Below the pieces are notes generated by a model. That model was not told the origin of the DNA. It did no database searches and saw nothing but the letters and a program-made list of their open reading frames with translations. From an uncultured Thermoleophilia bacterium (GTDB lineage Bacteria; Actinomycetota; Thermoleophilia; Solirubrobacterales; CAVPYU01): a DNA stretch of 64,000 bases. The stretch spans positions 624,143 to 688,142 of the forward strand of contig CAVPYU010000005.1 in assembly GCA_963710065.1 (NCBI GenBank), read 5' to 3'. Positions 9,112 to 19,126 of this stretch are shown piece after piece. A program made the translations under genes and the position numbers. Position 1 is the first letter of the stretch. Each line of letters begins with the position of its first letter.

Positions 9112-9537
9112 CTACCGATCTTCGTTACTTACCCTGATCCGCAACGCGACTTTTGCGATCGATTTGGGATCACCCTCTCTCGGTAGCCACGGTAACTTGA
9201 GCGGATCGTTTTCGTGTCTAGGTATCACGTGGACGTGGTAGTGCCAAACCGTCTGCCACGCGGTTTTGCCCGAGCAGTTCAGAACGTTGACACCCTCCGC
9301 TCCTAGCGCTTGTTTTAGCTTCAGCGCAAGTCTTTGTGAGGCTACCGCAGTCGCTTGAAGATCTTCATCTGAGACCTCAAAGATGTCTTCAGAATGCTCA
9401 CGAGGAATGACCAAGCAGTGTCCGGGAGTTGCAGGATTTATGTCCATAAACGCGATCGTGCGCTCATCAGAATCGACCACCTCGGAGGGAATTTCCCCTG
9501 CCAGTACCTTGCAAAATATACAGTCCGCGTTGCTCAC
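9112..9537 (-). CDS. HIT-family (histidine triad) nucleotide hydrolase
   Basis: It has the histidine triad HYHVHVIPR and N-terminal CIFCKV. Confidence 0.9.
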   Translation of the reverse strand: MSNADCIFCKVLAGEIPSEVVDSDERTIAFMDINPATPGHCLVIPREHSEDIFEVSDEDLQATAVASQRLALKLKQALGAEGVNVLNCSGKTAWQTVWHYHVHVIPRHENDPLKLPWLPREGDPKSIAKVALRIRVSNEDR

Positions 9538-9602
9538 GCTTCCTCGTCTTTTATGACAGCCATCATGCTCACAAGAAGCTTATACACGATAGTGTTCGAT
9601 AC

Positions 9603-10811
9603 ATGGCATCAGAGGTTGAGGAGAAAAACCGCGCCGCAGAGATCGCTCGACTTCAAGAGGAGATCGAGTCTCTTTCTGCGATAGATAGACCGTCTGCGTC
9701 AGAGGGCGAGTTGGAAGCAGCGGAGTGGATCGAAGACCGCTTCCGGGACCTTGGGCTTCAGCCGCGGATAGAAGAAGAGCCAGCACACGGCACTTACTGG
9801 TATCCGATAGGAATTCCGGCAGCGATCGCAGCGATTGGTGGCCTAGCGGCTCTGCGTGGTCGTAGAGGGATTGGAGCCGTTCTGGGCGCGATAGGAGCAG
9901 CCTCTATATGGGATGACATCACGATCGGAAAACGTTATTTACGCAAGTCGTTATCAAACAGGACGACCTACAATGTAGTAGCGGAACTTGGCCCCAAAGA
10001 CGCTGATAGAACGGTCGTCATCATGCCTCATCACGACGCAGCCCACTCCGGACTGATCTTCAACCCCGAGATCCCGAAGAAACTGGAGGGTGTGCTTCCT
10101 GGAAGGATCGAAAATATCGACACCAGCCCGCCGCTTTTTTGGCCGATCGTCGGTGGCCCGCTACTGGTAGCACTTGGGTCACTTCTCAACAACCGAAAAC
10201 TGGTCGGAGCTGGCACTTTCGCTAGCGTTTTGACGCAGCTGGCAATGGCAGAGATCGGATCGCGAGAGGTCGTCCCCGGCGCAAATGACAATGCCAGCGG
10301 AGTAGCCACACTGTTTTCAATCGCACGGGCATTCCAGGACAGAACTCCTGAAAATCTGAGGATCATTCTGGCATCGGTTGGCGCGGAGGAGTCGTTCGAG
10401 GAGGGGTCGGAGGCATTCCTAGAACGCCACAAGGACTCATTACCGAAGGAGTCGACTTTCTTTATCTGCGTGGACGGCGTTGGCTCACCTCACCTCAACT
10501 ACCTGGAGGGCGAGGGCATGATGAAGATGAACGAGTACCCGGAAGACGCGAAGCAACTCGTCAGGGACACCGCTGACGAGCTTGGGATTGAGGTCTGGAA
10601 GGGTCTGCGACTACGCAACGCAACGGACGGAATCGTTCCTCTACTTGCAGGATATAAATGCGTCTCCATTGCGAGTTGCACCGAATTGAAACAGCCAGTT
10701 AACTACCACTGGCCGACTGACACGCCAGACTGTCTTACATACGAGACCGTGCACGATGCAACGAGGCTCCTGATTGGGATGATCGAGCGACTGGATAAAG
10801 GATGGATTTAA
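9603..10811 (+). CDS. M28-family zinc peptidase with membrane segments
   Basis: Metal-ligand motifs MPHHDAAH, GANDNASGVATL and GAEESFEEGS are present, with hydrophobic helices in the N-terminal half. Confidence 0.8.
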   Translation: MASEVEEKNRAAEIARLQEEIESLSAIDRPSASEGELEAAEWIEDRFRDLGLQPRIEEEPAHGTYWYPIGIPAAIAAIGGLAALRGRRGIGAVLGAIGAASIWDDITIGKRYLRKSLSNRTTYNVVAELGPKDADRTVVIMPHHDAAHSGLIFNPEIPKKLEGVLPGRIENIDTSPPLFWPIVGGPLLVALGSLLNNRKLVGAGTFASVLTQLAMAEIGSREVVPGANDNASGVATLFSIARAFQDRTPENLRIILASVGAEESFEEGSEAFLERHKDSLPKESTFFICVDGVGSPHLNYLEGEGMMKMNEYPEDAKQLVRDTADELGIEVWKGLRLRNATDGIVPLLAGYKCVSIASCTELKQPVNYHWPTDTPDCLTYETVHDATRLLIGMIERLDKGWI

Positions 10812-10817
10812 GCCTAG

Positions 10818-12248
10818 TTAGTCTGTAGTCTCCGAGTACTTCAACCTGGCAAGACTCAGTGCCTCGTCCTTGGTCTTGATGTCCCCCGCATACTGAGCTT
10901 CATCCAAAATGTTCATAAGCTGACCGACTATCGGTCCCGGCTCAATCGACAGCGCTTCTGTCAGCTCTCCACCTGTTGCCAATGGCTTACGTGGAAATTG
11001 GGCGCGCCACTCTAGAATCTGCCCGATCATCTCACGAGACAGCTCCAGGTGGTCGTCTATCACACGCTGTTTAGTTCGCTCACCCTGCGTTGCCAGCCTG
11101 TCTGCCACAGACAACACGGTAACCTCAAGCGCGACCGGCTCACAAATATTTATGTACTGGTACACCTGCCTTTTTGTAAGTGGGCGTTCGTGCACAAGGA
11201 ACCCTAGTCTCAGGTGGTGCAAGGTCAGGCCCTGTAGATAAGCGCTCAACCTACTGCTCGTTTTCAGGCGCCGGCAGATATCCGCGGTCATGATTCTTCC
11301 CTCACGGTCATGCCCCATGAAGGTGACACGACCGTCGTCACGTACGGCGTGTGTGTTTGACTTGCCGAGATCGTGAAAAATGGCGCCGAACCTAAGTGCC
11401 TGTTTAAAGCTGAGACCATCGGCCAGTGATCCACTTAGCTTCTCGTTCACTTCATCGGCAAAGTCTCCGTATACGGAGCTGTCTTTCTCTATCAGAACAA
11501 GTTGCCGGAGTACCTCAATCGTGTGATCGAACGCGTCGAGATGGTGATATGGAGTCTGACCGATACCCTTGAGAGCAGTGAACTCGGGCAGGATTACCTC
11601 AAGTCCTCCAACCTGATCCATTAGTTCGATACCAGCTAGCGCTTCGTCCATCGTTAATAACTTGCGCAGCTCGTAGAAAATCCGTTCTCCCGATACTTTC
11701 TCCAACCCGTCGCAGTGGCGGCCGGCCGAGATGACTGATTGTCGCTCAGGCTCAAGGCCGTATTCACACGAAATCCGCGCGAGCCTAAGAACGCGAAGCG
11801 GATCGTTGCGATATGCAGTCTCTGACGTGACCCTTAGACATCTGTCCTCCAGATCTTTCAGTCCGCCGGTGGGGTCGATAGCTTCTCCGCCGTCGACCGG
11901 CACCGCAATTGCGTTCACGGTGAAGTCCCTCTGTTTCAAGTCGGCTTCGATATCTCCCTCCCTCACGGGCGATATATCCAGCTGCCACTCTCTACCAGGG
12001 CCGATAACTCGCCAAGTTCCGAACTTGTCAGAAAGCGAGAAAACGTCACCCGACACCTCCCTCGCCGTATGCTTTGCAACAGGCTCAGCCGCCGAGCTCA
12101 CAACAACGTCGATATCGTCTACCTGACGTTTAAGAAGGAGATCCCTCACCGTTCCACCGACGACCCAACCATCGATATCTTGAGAGTTCAGAGCCGCACT
12201 CACGGCCTGTACTGGAGCCAACCTACCTAGTTTGGCAGACACGTTCAT
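10818..12248 (-). CDS. cca: CCA tRNA nucleotidyltransferase / poly(A) polymerase family with HD domain
   Basis: It has the Pol-beta NTase motif GGTVRDLLLKRQVDDIDVVV, an RNA-binding body and a C-terminal HD region (FHDLGK). Confidence 0.8.
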   Translation of the reverse strand: MNVSAKLGRLAPVQAVSAALNSQDIDGWVVGGTVRDLLLKRQVDDIDVVVSSAAEPVAKHTAREVSGDVFSLSDKFGTWRVIGPGREWQLDISPVREGDIEADLKQRDFTVNAIAVPVDGGEAIDPTGGLKDLEDRCLRVTSETAYRNDPLRVLRLARISCEYGLEPERQSVISAGRHCDGLEKVSGERIFYELRKLLTMDEALAGIELMDQVGGLEVILPEFTALKGIGQTPYHHLDAFDHTIEVLRQLVLIEKDSSVYGDFADEVNEKLSGSLADGLSFKQALRFGAIFHDLGKSNTHAVRDDGRVTFMGHDREGRIMTADICRRLKTSSRLSAYLQGLTLHHLRLGFLVHERPLTKRQVYQYINICEPVALEVTVLSVADRLATQGERTKQRVIDDHLELSREMIGQILEWRAQFPRKPLATGGELTEALSIEPGPIVGQLMNILDEAQYAGDIKTKDEALSLARLKYSETTD

Positions 12249-13399
12249 CGATCACGGTGAAAAACCCGCCGTACACGACTTGAGATGCCACAGGTTATCT
12301 CGTAGTTGATCGTATCGAGCTTGCGTGCAACTTCCTCGGCAAGAACGCGCTCGTCGCCCTGCTCGCCGATCAATGTAACCCTGTCTCCAACTTCGATGTC
12401 GGTCTTGGGGCCCAAATCGATCGCAATATTGTCCATGCTGACGGTGCCAGCAATGAGATATCGCCGGCCACGTATCAGAACTTCACCCTTACCCGAGAGT
12501 CCGCGTCTCACGCCGTCACCGTAACCGATCGGAGCAACGGCCACCCAGGTGGGCTCGGATGCCTTCCACTTGCGCCCATAGCCAACGCTTTCACCAATCC
12601 CAATCAACTTCACAGCCGCGACATAGGACGTCAATGACAGTGCTGGGTCCAGTCCGTGATCGGTGGGGTTTTCATGAAACGGATCGAGTCCATATATTGC
12701 AATACCACATCTCACCATGTCGAAGTGCGATTGCGGGTGCTTCAGTGCAGCGGCGCTGTTTGCTGCATGCACTAGGCAGTTCGGATGATCTGCTTTAACC
12801 TTTTTTGCAACTGCATCAAATCTTTCAATCTGTTCTCTTAGGTACTCGTTATCCGGTTCATCGGCGGTTGCGAAGTGTGTCATGAGGCCAACCAGCTGCG
12901 CGTGCTCTGATTCGGCCACCTTTGACACCAGCGATTCAACCTTGGCCGGATCCTGCTCTCCCAACCTGCCCATTCCTGAGTCCATCTTGACATGAACGCG
13001 AGCCTCCAACTCGATTTCAGACGCGCGTCTGATCACAGCATCGAGGAACTCTTCGCTCCAGACTGTCAGGTCAGCCCTGTCACGCAGTACAGAGTCCATG
13101 CCGGCATGGGTAAGAGCACCCATCACCAGTAGTGGTTGGTCCGAATGATGGCGTCGAAGCTCCTTAGCCTCGTCAGCTGTAGCTACGGCAAGCCTGGTTG
13201 CACCCCCTGAAACTGCCGCCTGCGAGCACCACACATCCCCGTGACCGTAGCCATAGGCTTTGACAACGGCGCAAAGCTCTGTGCCTTCGTTCAACCCCGC
13301 GAGTATCGTCCTGCAGTTGTGCTCAACACAGGATGCATCGATCCGAGCGACCGCCCTATCCGACAACTCTACTGCGGTGCTCTCGCTCTTTCCTTGCAC
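12245..13399 (-). CDS. alr: alanine racemase
   Basis: The PLP-lysine motif AVVKAYGYGHG is present, the length is 384 aa, and there is a 4-nt overlap with cca. Confidence 0.9.
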   Translation of the reverse strand: MQGKSESTAVELSDRAVARIDASCVEHNCRTILAGLNEGTELCAVVKAYGYGHGDVWCSQAAVSGGATRLAVATADEAKELRRHHSDQPLLVMGALTHAGMDSVLRDRADLTVWSEEFLDAVIRRASEIELEARVHVKMDSGMGRLGEQDPAKVESLVSKVAESEHAQLVGLMTHFATADEPDNEYLREQIERFDAVAKKVKADHPNCLVHAANSAAALKHPQSHFDMVRCGIAIYGLDPFHENPTDHGLDPALSLTSYVAAVKLIGIGESVGYGRKWKASEPTWVAVAPIGYGDGVRRGLSGKGEVLIRGRRYLIAGTVSMDNIAIDLGPKTDIEVGDRVTLIGEQGDERVLAEEVARKLDTINYEITCGISSRVRRVFHRDR

Positions 13400-13866
13400 T
13401 ATTTAATATCGGTGAGCGAACGCAGCACATCAACGCGAGTTACCACGCCAACCAGTCGACCATTCTCTACAACCGGCAAGCGATTGTGATGCTTCTCTGC
13501 GATAATGCGACCGGCTTCTCTTGCGTCCGCATCGGGAGAAATGGTGTCCACATCGGTCGTCATCATGTCGGACACCTTGCCCGCGAAGGCTTTGGCCAGA
13601 CGTTTTTCAAAACCTGCAAGCGGTTCAATAAATATAACTCCGCCAAGCAGGTTGATGAAGTGCGGTAGTGGAATGTTTGCCTGCTCCTCCTCGAGGGTTA
13701 GATCGTTTTCTGTCACTATCCCGACGACCGATCCCTGCTCATCCACAACAGGTAGACCGGGCAGTTCATTGTCCTGTAATCGCTCGACCACGGTGCGCAC
13801 GTCGTCATCCGGTGACACGGTGACGGGATTTGAATCCATTACATCGGCAACCTTTATTTCACTCAT
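13399..13866 (-). CDS. CBS-pair domain protein
   Basis: This 155-aa protein has two CBS repeats. Confidence 0.85.
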   Translation of the reverse strand: MSEIKVADVMDSNPVTVSPDDDVRTVVERLQDNELPGLPVVDEQGSVVGIVTENDLTLEEEQANIPLPHFINLLGGVIFIEPLAGFEKRLAKAFAGKVSDMMTTDVDTISPDADAREAGRIIAEKHHNRLPVVENGRLVGVVTRVDVLRSLTDIK

Positions 13867-13928
13867 ATGGACCAGACTAACTCATATCTGTTCAGCGCGC
13901 ATCACCTGCGATGGACATTTTCACTAAC

Positions 13929-15473
13929 CTATTGAATCTGTTTTGGCAGCATTTCGATCACATCGGTAGCGATCATCCCACTCTCGCCAAACTGCTTGGC
14001 TGCGGCAATACCTGCTTCTGCGTGCATGTAAACACCCAAGCTTGCCGACTCGAATGCACCGATCTTCTTAGCAAGCAACGCTCCAATCACTCCGGAGAGC
14101 ACATCACCGCTACCAGCGCTGGCGAGTCCAGGCGTCGCTCCGCGGCTGATCGCAGCTCGGTCATTCGACTGCGCAACGATCGAGTCGTCACCTTTCAGAA
14201 CTACAACCGCGTCGCTCCTCTCGGACAGATCCCTTGCAAACTGCAGCCGGCTCTCCCCCACCTCGCCGGAACTTACATCCATCAGCCGTGCGAGCTCCCC
14301 AGCGTGAGGGGTCAACACTGTCTCGTACTCTCGAGATTTGAGCAGCTGCAGGTGCCCTATCAGTGCAAAGAGACCGTCGGCATCAACGACAAGTGGTCGA
14401 TCCACCTCTTGAACCAGCCTTCTTACCAGTTCAAGACTACCTTCAGAACGCCCCAAACCCGGCCCAAGGACAACCGCATCGGATCGTCCCGTTATCTCAA
14501 GTGCACGCTCGAAAGCATCGCCTGTAAATGCTCCACCTTCATCGTCTGCCGGAACGGTCATGACCTCCGTGAGTTTCTCTTCGAATATCGAGTTCAGCGA
14601 ACGTGGCACCACTGCCTGTACATAACCTGCGCCGGACCGCATGGCAGCTTCAGACGCCATACAGACTGCGCCTGTGAGCCCTGTAGAGCCACCTATCACA
14701 GCGACCGATCCCACGCTGAACTTCGTACTGTCTTGTGCACGCGTCGGGTAGAGGTCAATAACGCCGGGTTCTATCAGGCCCGCGGTCGGCTCAATAGGAG
14801 GTGCGTCACCGGCACTGTAGGGAGGTATGCCGATATCGACTATTTCGACCCTGCCTGTACATGTCTTGCCAGGGTTGATGAAATGGCCCACCTTGCCCTT
14901 GTGGAATGTCACCGTGCTTGAAGCGTCTGTAGCCACACCTGCGACTTCACCCGTTGAGGAATCGACTCCTGAAGGCATGTCCACGGCGACAACCTGCGCA
15001 CCACGCTCGTTTATCAACTCGATTGCTTCCGCTGACAGATTGCGCGGCTTGCCACTGAAACCTGTACCGAATATTGCGTCGACGACGACCTGAACTCCAG
15101 CCAGGGCCTCTTGAATGCTCTTTTCACCGTCGGCGAAGACCAGCTCGCAGTCGGTCGAGCGCAGTCGGTCGAGGTTTTGCTTCGCATCGCCGGAGATCTC
15201 CTCCTCCGGCGCCAGGAGCACAGCCCTTACAGTGTGCCCCTGTTCGGAAAGCAGCCTGGCACAAACCAGACCGTCGCCTCCGTTGTTGCCCTTTCCGCAC
15301 ACTATGCACACCCCATCCGAGGGATAAAGCTCGGTCACGACTCGCGCGACTTCCGAGCCAGCTCTCTCCATCAGCTCGATGCTCGGTGTTCCCTTCGTAT
15401 CGATTGCCCAAGAATCGGCTGCCCTCATCTCATCGGCGGTGTATACAGGCTCAAGCCAGCTTGGAAGGTTCAT
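13929..15473 (-). CDS. nnr: bifunctional NAD(P)H-hydrate repair enzyme (epimerase + ADP-dependent dehydratase)
   Basis: It combines an N-terminal YjeF_N motif CGKGNNGGDGLV with a C-terminal carbohydrate-kinase motif GSGDVLSGVIGALLA. Confidence 0.9.
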   Translation of the reverse strand: MNLPSWLEPVYTADEMRAADSWAIDTKGTPSIELMERAGSEVARVVTELYPSDGVCIVCGKGNNGGDGLVCARLLSEQGHTVRAVLLAPEEEISGDAKQNLDRLRSTDCELVFADGEKSIQEALAGVQVVVDAIFGTGFSGKPRNLSAEAIELINERGAQVVAVDMPSGVDSSTGEVAGVATDASSTVTFHKGKVGHFINPGKTCTGRVEIVDIGIPPYSAGDAPPIEPTAGLIEPGVIDLYPTRAQDSTKFSVGSVAVIGGSTGLTGAVCMASEAAMRSGAGYVQAVVPRSLNSIFEEKLTEVMTVPADDEGGAFTGDAFERALEITGRSDAVVLGPGLGRSEGSLELVRRLVQEVDRPLVVDADGLFALIGHLQLLKSREYETVLTPHAGELARLMDVSSGEVGESRLQFARDLSERSDAVVVLKGDDSIVAQSNDRAAISRGATPGLASAGSGDVLSGVIGALLAKKIGAFESASLGVYMHAEAGIAAAKQFGESGMIATDVIEMLPKQIQ

Positions 15474-15832
15474 TGTTCTGTGTAGGAGATCGCAACAGCA
15501 GCCGCAGAGTCAGACGAATGTGTGAGCGAAACCATCAACTTCGTTCCCAGCTCATCTGCGCGTGCTCTAGTTCTGCCTTTCAGGGATACCGTTGGGGGAA
15601 CGCCTGCATTGACCTCAACTTCGGAGAAACTCCAGCCTTCGATGGCAAGTGCCTTGGCAACTGCCTCTTTTGCACAGAAACGAGCCGCAAGATGCTTCGA
15701 GGGTCGTGACCGATCGTTGGCGTATTCCAACTCATCTGAACTGAAGATTCTGTCCGCCATTCTGGGGTGTCGGTCAAGAGCGTCTTGTAGACGATCGATC
15801 TCTAAAATGTCGATGCCAACGCCTATGATCAT
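15470..15832 (-). CDS. acpS: holo-[acyl-carrier-protein] synthase
   Basis: It has the MIIGVGIDILEIDRL start, is 120 aa long and overlaps nnr by 4 nt. Confidence 0.9.
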   Translation of the reverse strand: MIIGVGIDILEIDRLQDALDRHPRMADRIFSSDELEYANDRSRPSKHLAARFCAKEAVAKALAIEGWSFSEVEVNAGVPPTVSLKGRTRARADELGTKLMVSLTHSSDSAAAVAISYTEQ

Positions 15833-17685
15833 TCAACCGTTACCGTCTTTGCAAGATTTCTGGGCTGATCTACATTTAATCCTTTTAAGATCGCAATGTG
15901 ATAGGCGAGTAGCTGTAGAGGCAAAACGGCCAGAAGCGGCTGTAACAACCAGTCGCTTCGCGGTACGAAAAAGACGTCGTCTGCTTCATCCTCGATCAGA
16001 GGGTCTTCCTCCGTCGCCACCGCGATGACGGTTGCGCCACGAGCCTTAACCTCTGCGATGTTCGATAAAACCTTTTCCTGAACCGGGCTCTCCGTCGCAA
16101 CGCAGACAACCGGCGTGTCTTCCCCCAGAAGTGCGATCGGTCCGTGCTTCATCTCTCCAGCGGCGTAAGCCTCGGTTGGGATATAGCTGATCTCTTTGAG
16201 CTTGAGCGCCCCCTCAAGTGCGATCGGCAACCCGACGTTGCGTCCCAGATAGAGGAAGAAGTCCTGCTGGTAGTGCTTCTTGGCGACCTCAAGTGCTTTC
16301 CTGTCGGTCTCGGTGATGATTCTCCCCATCTGCTGAGGCATGCCCTTCAGATCTGCCACCAATCGCCTGATAATCGATCTATGCAATGTTCCGCGCAACT
16401 CGGCAAGCCGGAGCGCCAGCAGGTACATGATCCCCACCTGAGCCACAAATGTCTTGGTCGCAGCAACACCTATCTCGAGCCCAGCTCGGCTGAACAAGAC
16501 TCCATCAGCTTCCCGAGTTGCCTGCGTACCGACTACGTTTGTCACGGCCAGCACCTTGGCACCGCGCTCACGCGCCATTCTCATCGCCGCGAGTGTGTCC
16601 GCGGTCTCACCGGACTGAGTGATGCCCACAACAAGGTCACCCGGTCCGACGACAGGATTTCGGTACCGGTATTCGGAGGCGATGTCCATCTCCACTGGAA
16701 GCCTTACCCACTGCTCAATCGCGTAACGACCTACAACAGCAGCGTGATACGAGGTCCCACAGGCTATAAGAATGATCCGCTTCAGCTCCTTCAGCTCATC
16801 GTCACAGATCCCTATGTCGCCCAGATCGACACCGTCGGGGCGATCCAGCCGTTCACCCAGAGTCTCCGCGAGCGCGTACGGCTGCTCATGGATCTCTTTG
16901 AGCATGAAGGTGGGGAAGCCACTCTTCTCCGCTGCATCTTCGTCCCAATCGACCTCCTCCAACTCTCGCTGCACCTGATCACCCTCCGGCGTAGTGAAGA
17001 CCGCACCGTGTGGGCTTGCCTCAACCACTTCCTCGTCTTCCAAAACCTGGATCTGGTCGGTCTGTTTGAGAAAAGCGGGAATTGCAGATGCTATGAAGGT
17101 TTCTCCGTCGCCGACTCCGACAACCAGTGGACACTCTCTACGCGCCCCCACTATCAGGTCCGGTTCTTTCGAGTGCGCAGCGACCAAGGCGAAGTGCCCC
17201 ACCAACTGCCGATATGTCTCGCGAACCGCGTCTGCAAGACCAAGCCCCTCGTTCTTTATACATTTCTCCAGCAGATGTGCAACGACCTCGGCATCGGTCT
17301 CAGAGCTAAAAACGCACCCGTTATCTTCCAGCTTTGCGCGCAGCGCCTGGTGGTTTTCGATTATGCCGTTTACTACGACCTGAACCTCTTCTTCGCAGCC
17401 GAAGTGTGGATGTGCATTTTCGACCGATGGTTTGCCGTGGGTGGCCCACCTGGTATGCCCTATTCCTGTCTTAGCCTTAACCCACTCAGCACCTGATGCT
17501 CCGTTTTCGCTAATCGCGGCACGCAACTTACTCAGGTTTCCAACCGCCCTGACCGAGTCGAAGTGACCGTCAACGAGTACCGACAGCCCCGCGGAGTCGT
17601 AGCCGCGATATTCCAGCTTCTCAAGCCCTTCGAGCAGTAGTTCCTTGCAGGGCCGCTTGCCCACGTATCCGATTATGCCGCACAC
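15829..17685 (-). CDS. glmS: glutamine--fructose-6-phosphate aminotransferase
   Basis: It has the MCGIIGY Ntn start, two SIS domains and the C-terminal ...AKTVTVE, and is 618 aa long. Confidence 0.97.
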   Translation of the reverse strand: MCGIIGYVGKRPCKELLLEGLEKLEYRGYDSAGLSVLVDGHFDSVRAVGNLSKLRAAISENGASGAEWVKAKTGIGHTRWATHGKPSVENAHPHFGCEEEVQVVVNGIIENHQALRAKLEDNGCVFSSETDAEVVAHLLEKCIKNEGLGLADAVRETYRQLVGHFALVAAHSKEPDLIVGARRECPLVVGVGDGETFIASAIPAFLKQTDQIQVLEDEEVVEASPHGAVFTTPEGDQVQRELEEVDWDEDAAEKSGFPTFMLKEIHEQPYALAETLGERLDRPDGVDLGDIGICDDELKELKRIILIACGTSYHAAVVGRYAIEQWVRLPVEMDIASEYRYRNPVVGPGDLVVGITQSGETADTLAAMRMARERGAKVLAVTNVVGTQATREADGVLFSRAGLEIGVAATKTFVAQVGIMYLLALRLAELRGTLHRSIIRRLVADLKGMPQQMGRIITETDRKALEVAKKHYQQDFFLYLGRNVGLPIALEGALKLKEISYIPTEAYAAGEMKHGPIALLGEDTPVVCVATESPVQEKVLSNIAEVKARGATVIAVATEEDPLIEDEADDVFFVPRSDWLLQPLLAVLPLQLLAYHIAILKGLNVDQPRNLAKTVTVE

Positions 17686-17732
17686 AGTTCTTTACCTCTA
17701 GATAAGAGCCTATCCCAGTATGAGCGACTCGT

Positions 17733-19076
17733 TTAACTTAACTCTTCTCGCACCGTCTGTGAAAGCCTCTCGCAAACTGCAATACCCTCATCTTCTGTTG
17801 GAGCTTCAGCCATGATCCTTATCACCGGTTCGGTGCCCGATGCACGTACGAGCACTCGGCCTCTGTCCCCCAGCTCCTTCGCCTCGGAATCCACCTCACA
17901 ACGAATGCGTTTATTCTCATCGAGGCCACCTGCGTCTGATACAGAAACGTTTTTCAGGCACTGCGGTAGCTTCTCAACCAGCTTGTCGGAGTCTAGATCT
18001 AGATCTAGACCAGAGAGTGCCTCCAGTACGAGCAATGCGGTCGCAATCCCGTCGCCCGATGGACAGTAGTCGCGGTAGATCATATGTCCCGACTGCTCGC
18101 CGCCTAGAATCCATTTTCGTCTGACAAGCTCCTCTGAAACGTGGCGATCACCAACCGGTGTCGTAGCTACTTCGATTCCCTCGCGCTCCATCGCATGTCT
18201 AAAGCCCAGATTTGTCATTACAGTCACTGCCACACCGTCGCCGTCCAACCTCCCCTTCATTTTCAGGTACTTAGCAGCAAGCGCGATCATCTCATCCCCG
18301 TCTACCACTCTCCCATCCCTGCTTACTGTCATAACGCGATCTCCGTCACCGTCGAAGGCAAACCCGATATCGTGACCACCTGCTTTTACGCGCTCTGCGA
18401 GTACCTCTGGGTGTACAGCACCGACACCGTCGTTGATGTTGCGTCCATCGACATCGGTCGCAAAGGCTTCTACTTCCGCGCCAAGGCTCTCAAAGACCCT
18501 TGGCGCCACTTTGTATGTAGCGCCGTTCGCACAGTCGAGCAAGACGCGCACACCCGTAAGGCTGAGATTGAAGGACTCTCTGAGTGCTCTCAGATAGTCG
18601 TTTGCGGCGCCTTCGAGCCTGTTGACACCGCCACATGCCAATGCACGCGTGGGCCCTCGATCGAGAAGAGATTCGATCTCCGCCTCTTTCTGATCGTCTA
18701 GTTTTAGACCATTTGAGTCAAAAAATTTAATTCCGTTGTCCTGGTAGGGGTTGTGCGAGGCAGATATAACCGCCGCGAGATCGAGCTTGTACCTCTCCAC
18801 CAGCAACGATGCGGCAGGTGTAGGTAGAACCCCAGCGAGCAGTGCTTCACCGCCTACCGAGGTGATTCCGGCAACAAAGGCTGCTTCCAGCATCGGGCCC
18901 GATTCTCGTGTGTCCCTTATGACTAGAACTCGTGATGGACGATCATTGGCTTTAGTAACACCAACCGATGCCCTTCCAAGCGATAGGGCCAACTCTGGGG
19001 ATAGGAAAGTGCCTACCTCGCCCCTAACGCCGTCTGTCCCAAAAACACTTCGAGCTGTTTTTTGCTTAATGGTCAT
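17733..19076 (-). CDS. glmM: phosphoglucosamine mutase
   Basis: It has the phosphoserine loop ISASHNPYQDNGIKFF and the Mg loop FDGDGDR. Confidence 0.95.
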   Translation of the reverse strand: MTIKQKTARSVFGTDGVRGEVGTFLSPELALSLGRASVGVTKANDRPSRVLVIRDTRESGPMLEAAFVAGITSVGGEALLAGVLPTPAASLLVERYKLDLAAVISASHNPYQDNGIKFFDSNGLKLDDQKEAEIESLLDRGPTRALACGGVNRLEGAANDYLRALRESFNLSLTGVRVLLDCANGATYKVAPRVFESLGAEVEAFATDVDGRNINDGVGAVHPEVLAERVKAGGHDIGFAFDGDGDRVMTVSRDGRVVDGDEMIALAAKYLKMKGRLDGDGVAVTVMTNLGFRHAMEREGIEVATTPVGDRHVSEELVRRKWILGGEQSGHMIYRDYCPSGDGIATALLVLEALSGLDLDLDSDKLVEKLPQCLKNVSVSDAGGLDENKRIRCEVDSEAKELGDRGRVLVRASGTEPVIRIMAEAPTEDEGIAVCERLSQTVREELS

Positions 19077-19126
19077 CGGACTCTCAAGCTACATCTGTCG
19101 CCCATCGGCAGGGACGATCTACGGTA

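Noticed and set aside
13911-14921. A 336-aa plus-strand ORF appears in the track.
   Set aside because: It lies entirely antisense to the well-supported nnr gene. Its composition is Cys/Arg/His-rich with no motif, so it is a shadow ORF.
16144-17496. A 450-aa plus-strand ORF appears in the track.
   Set aside because: It is antisense to glmS, which is unambiguous, so it is a shadow ORF.
17686-17732. I considered a glmS ribozyme in the glmS 5' leader.
   Set aside because: Only 47 nt separate the glmM stop from the glmS start. That is far too short for the ribozyme of about 170 nt, and no conserved core is visible.
17992-18009. The tandem repeat tctagatctagatctaga looked like a possible repeat array or a cluster of restriction sites.
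   Set aside because: It lies inside glmM and simply encodes LDLDLD in frame. It is too short and has no spacers, so it is not a CRISPR array.
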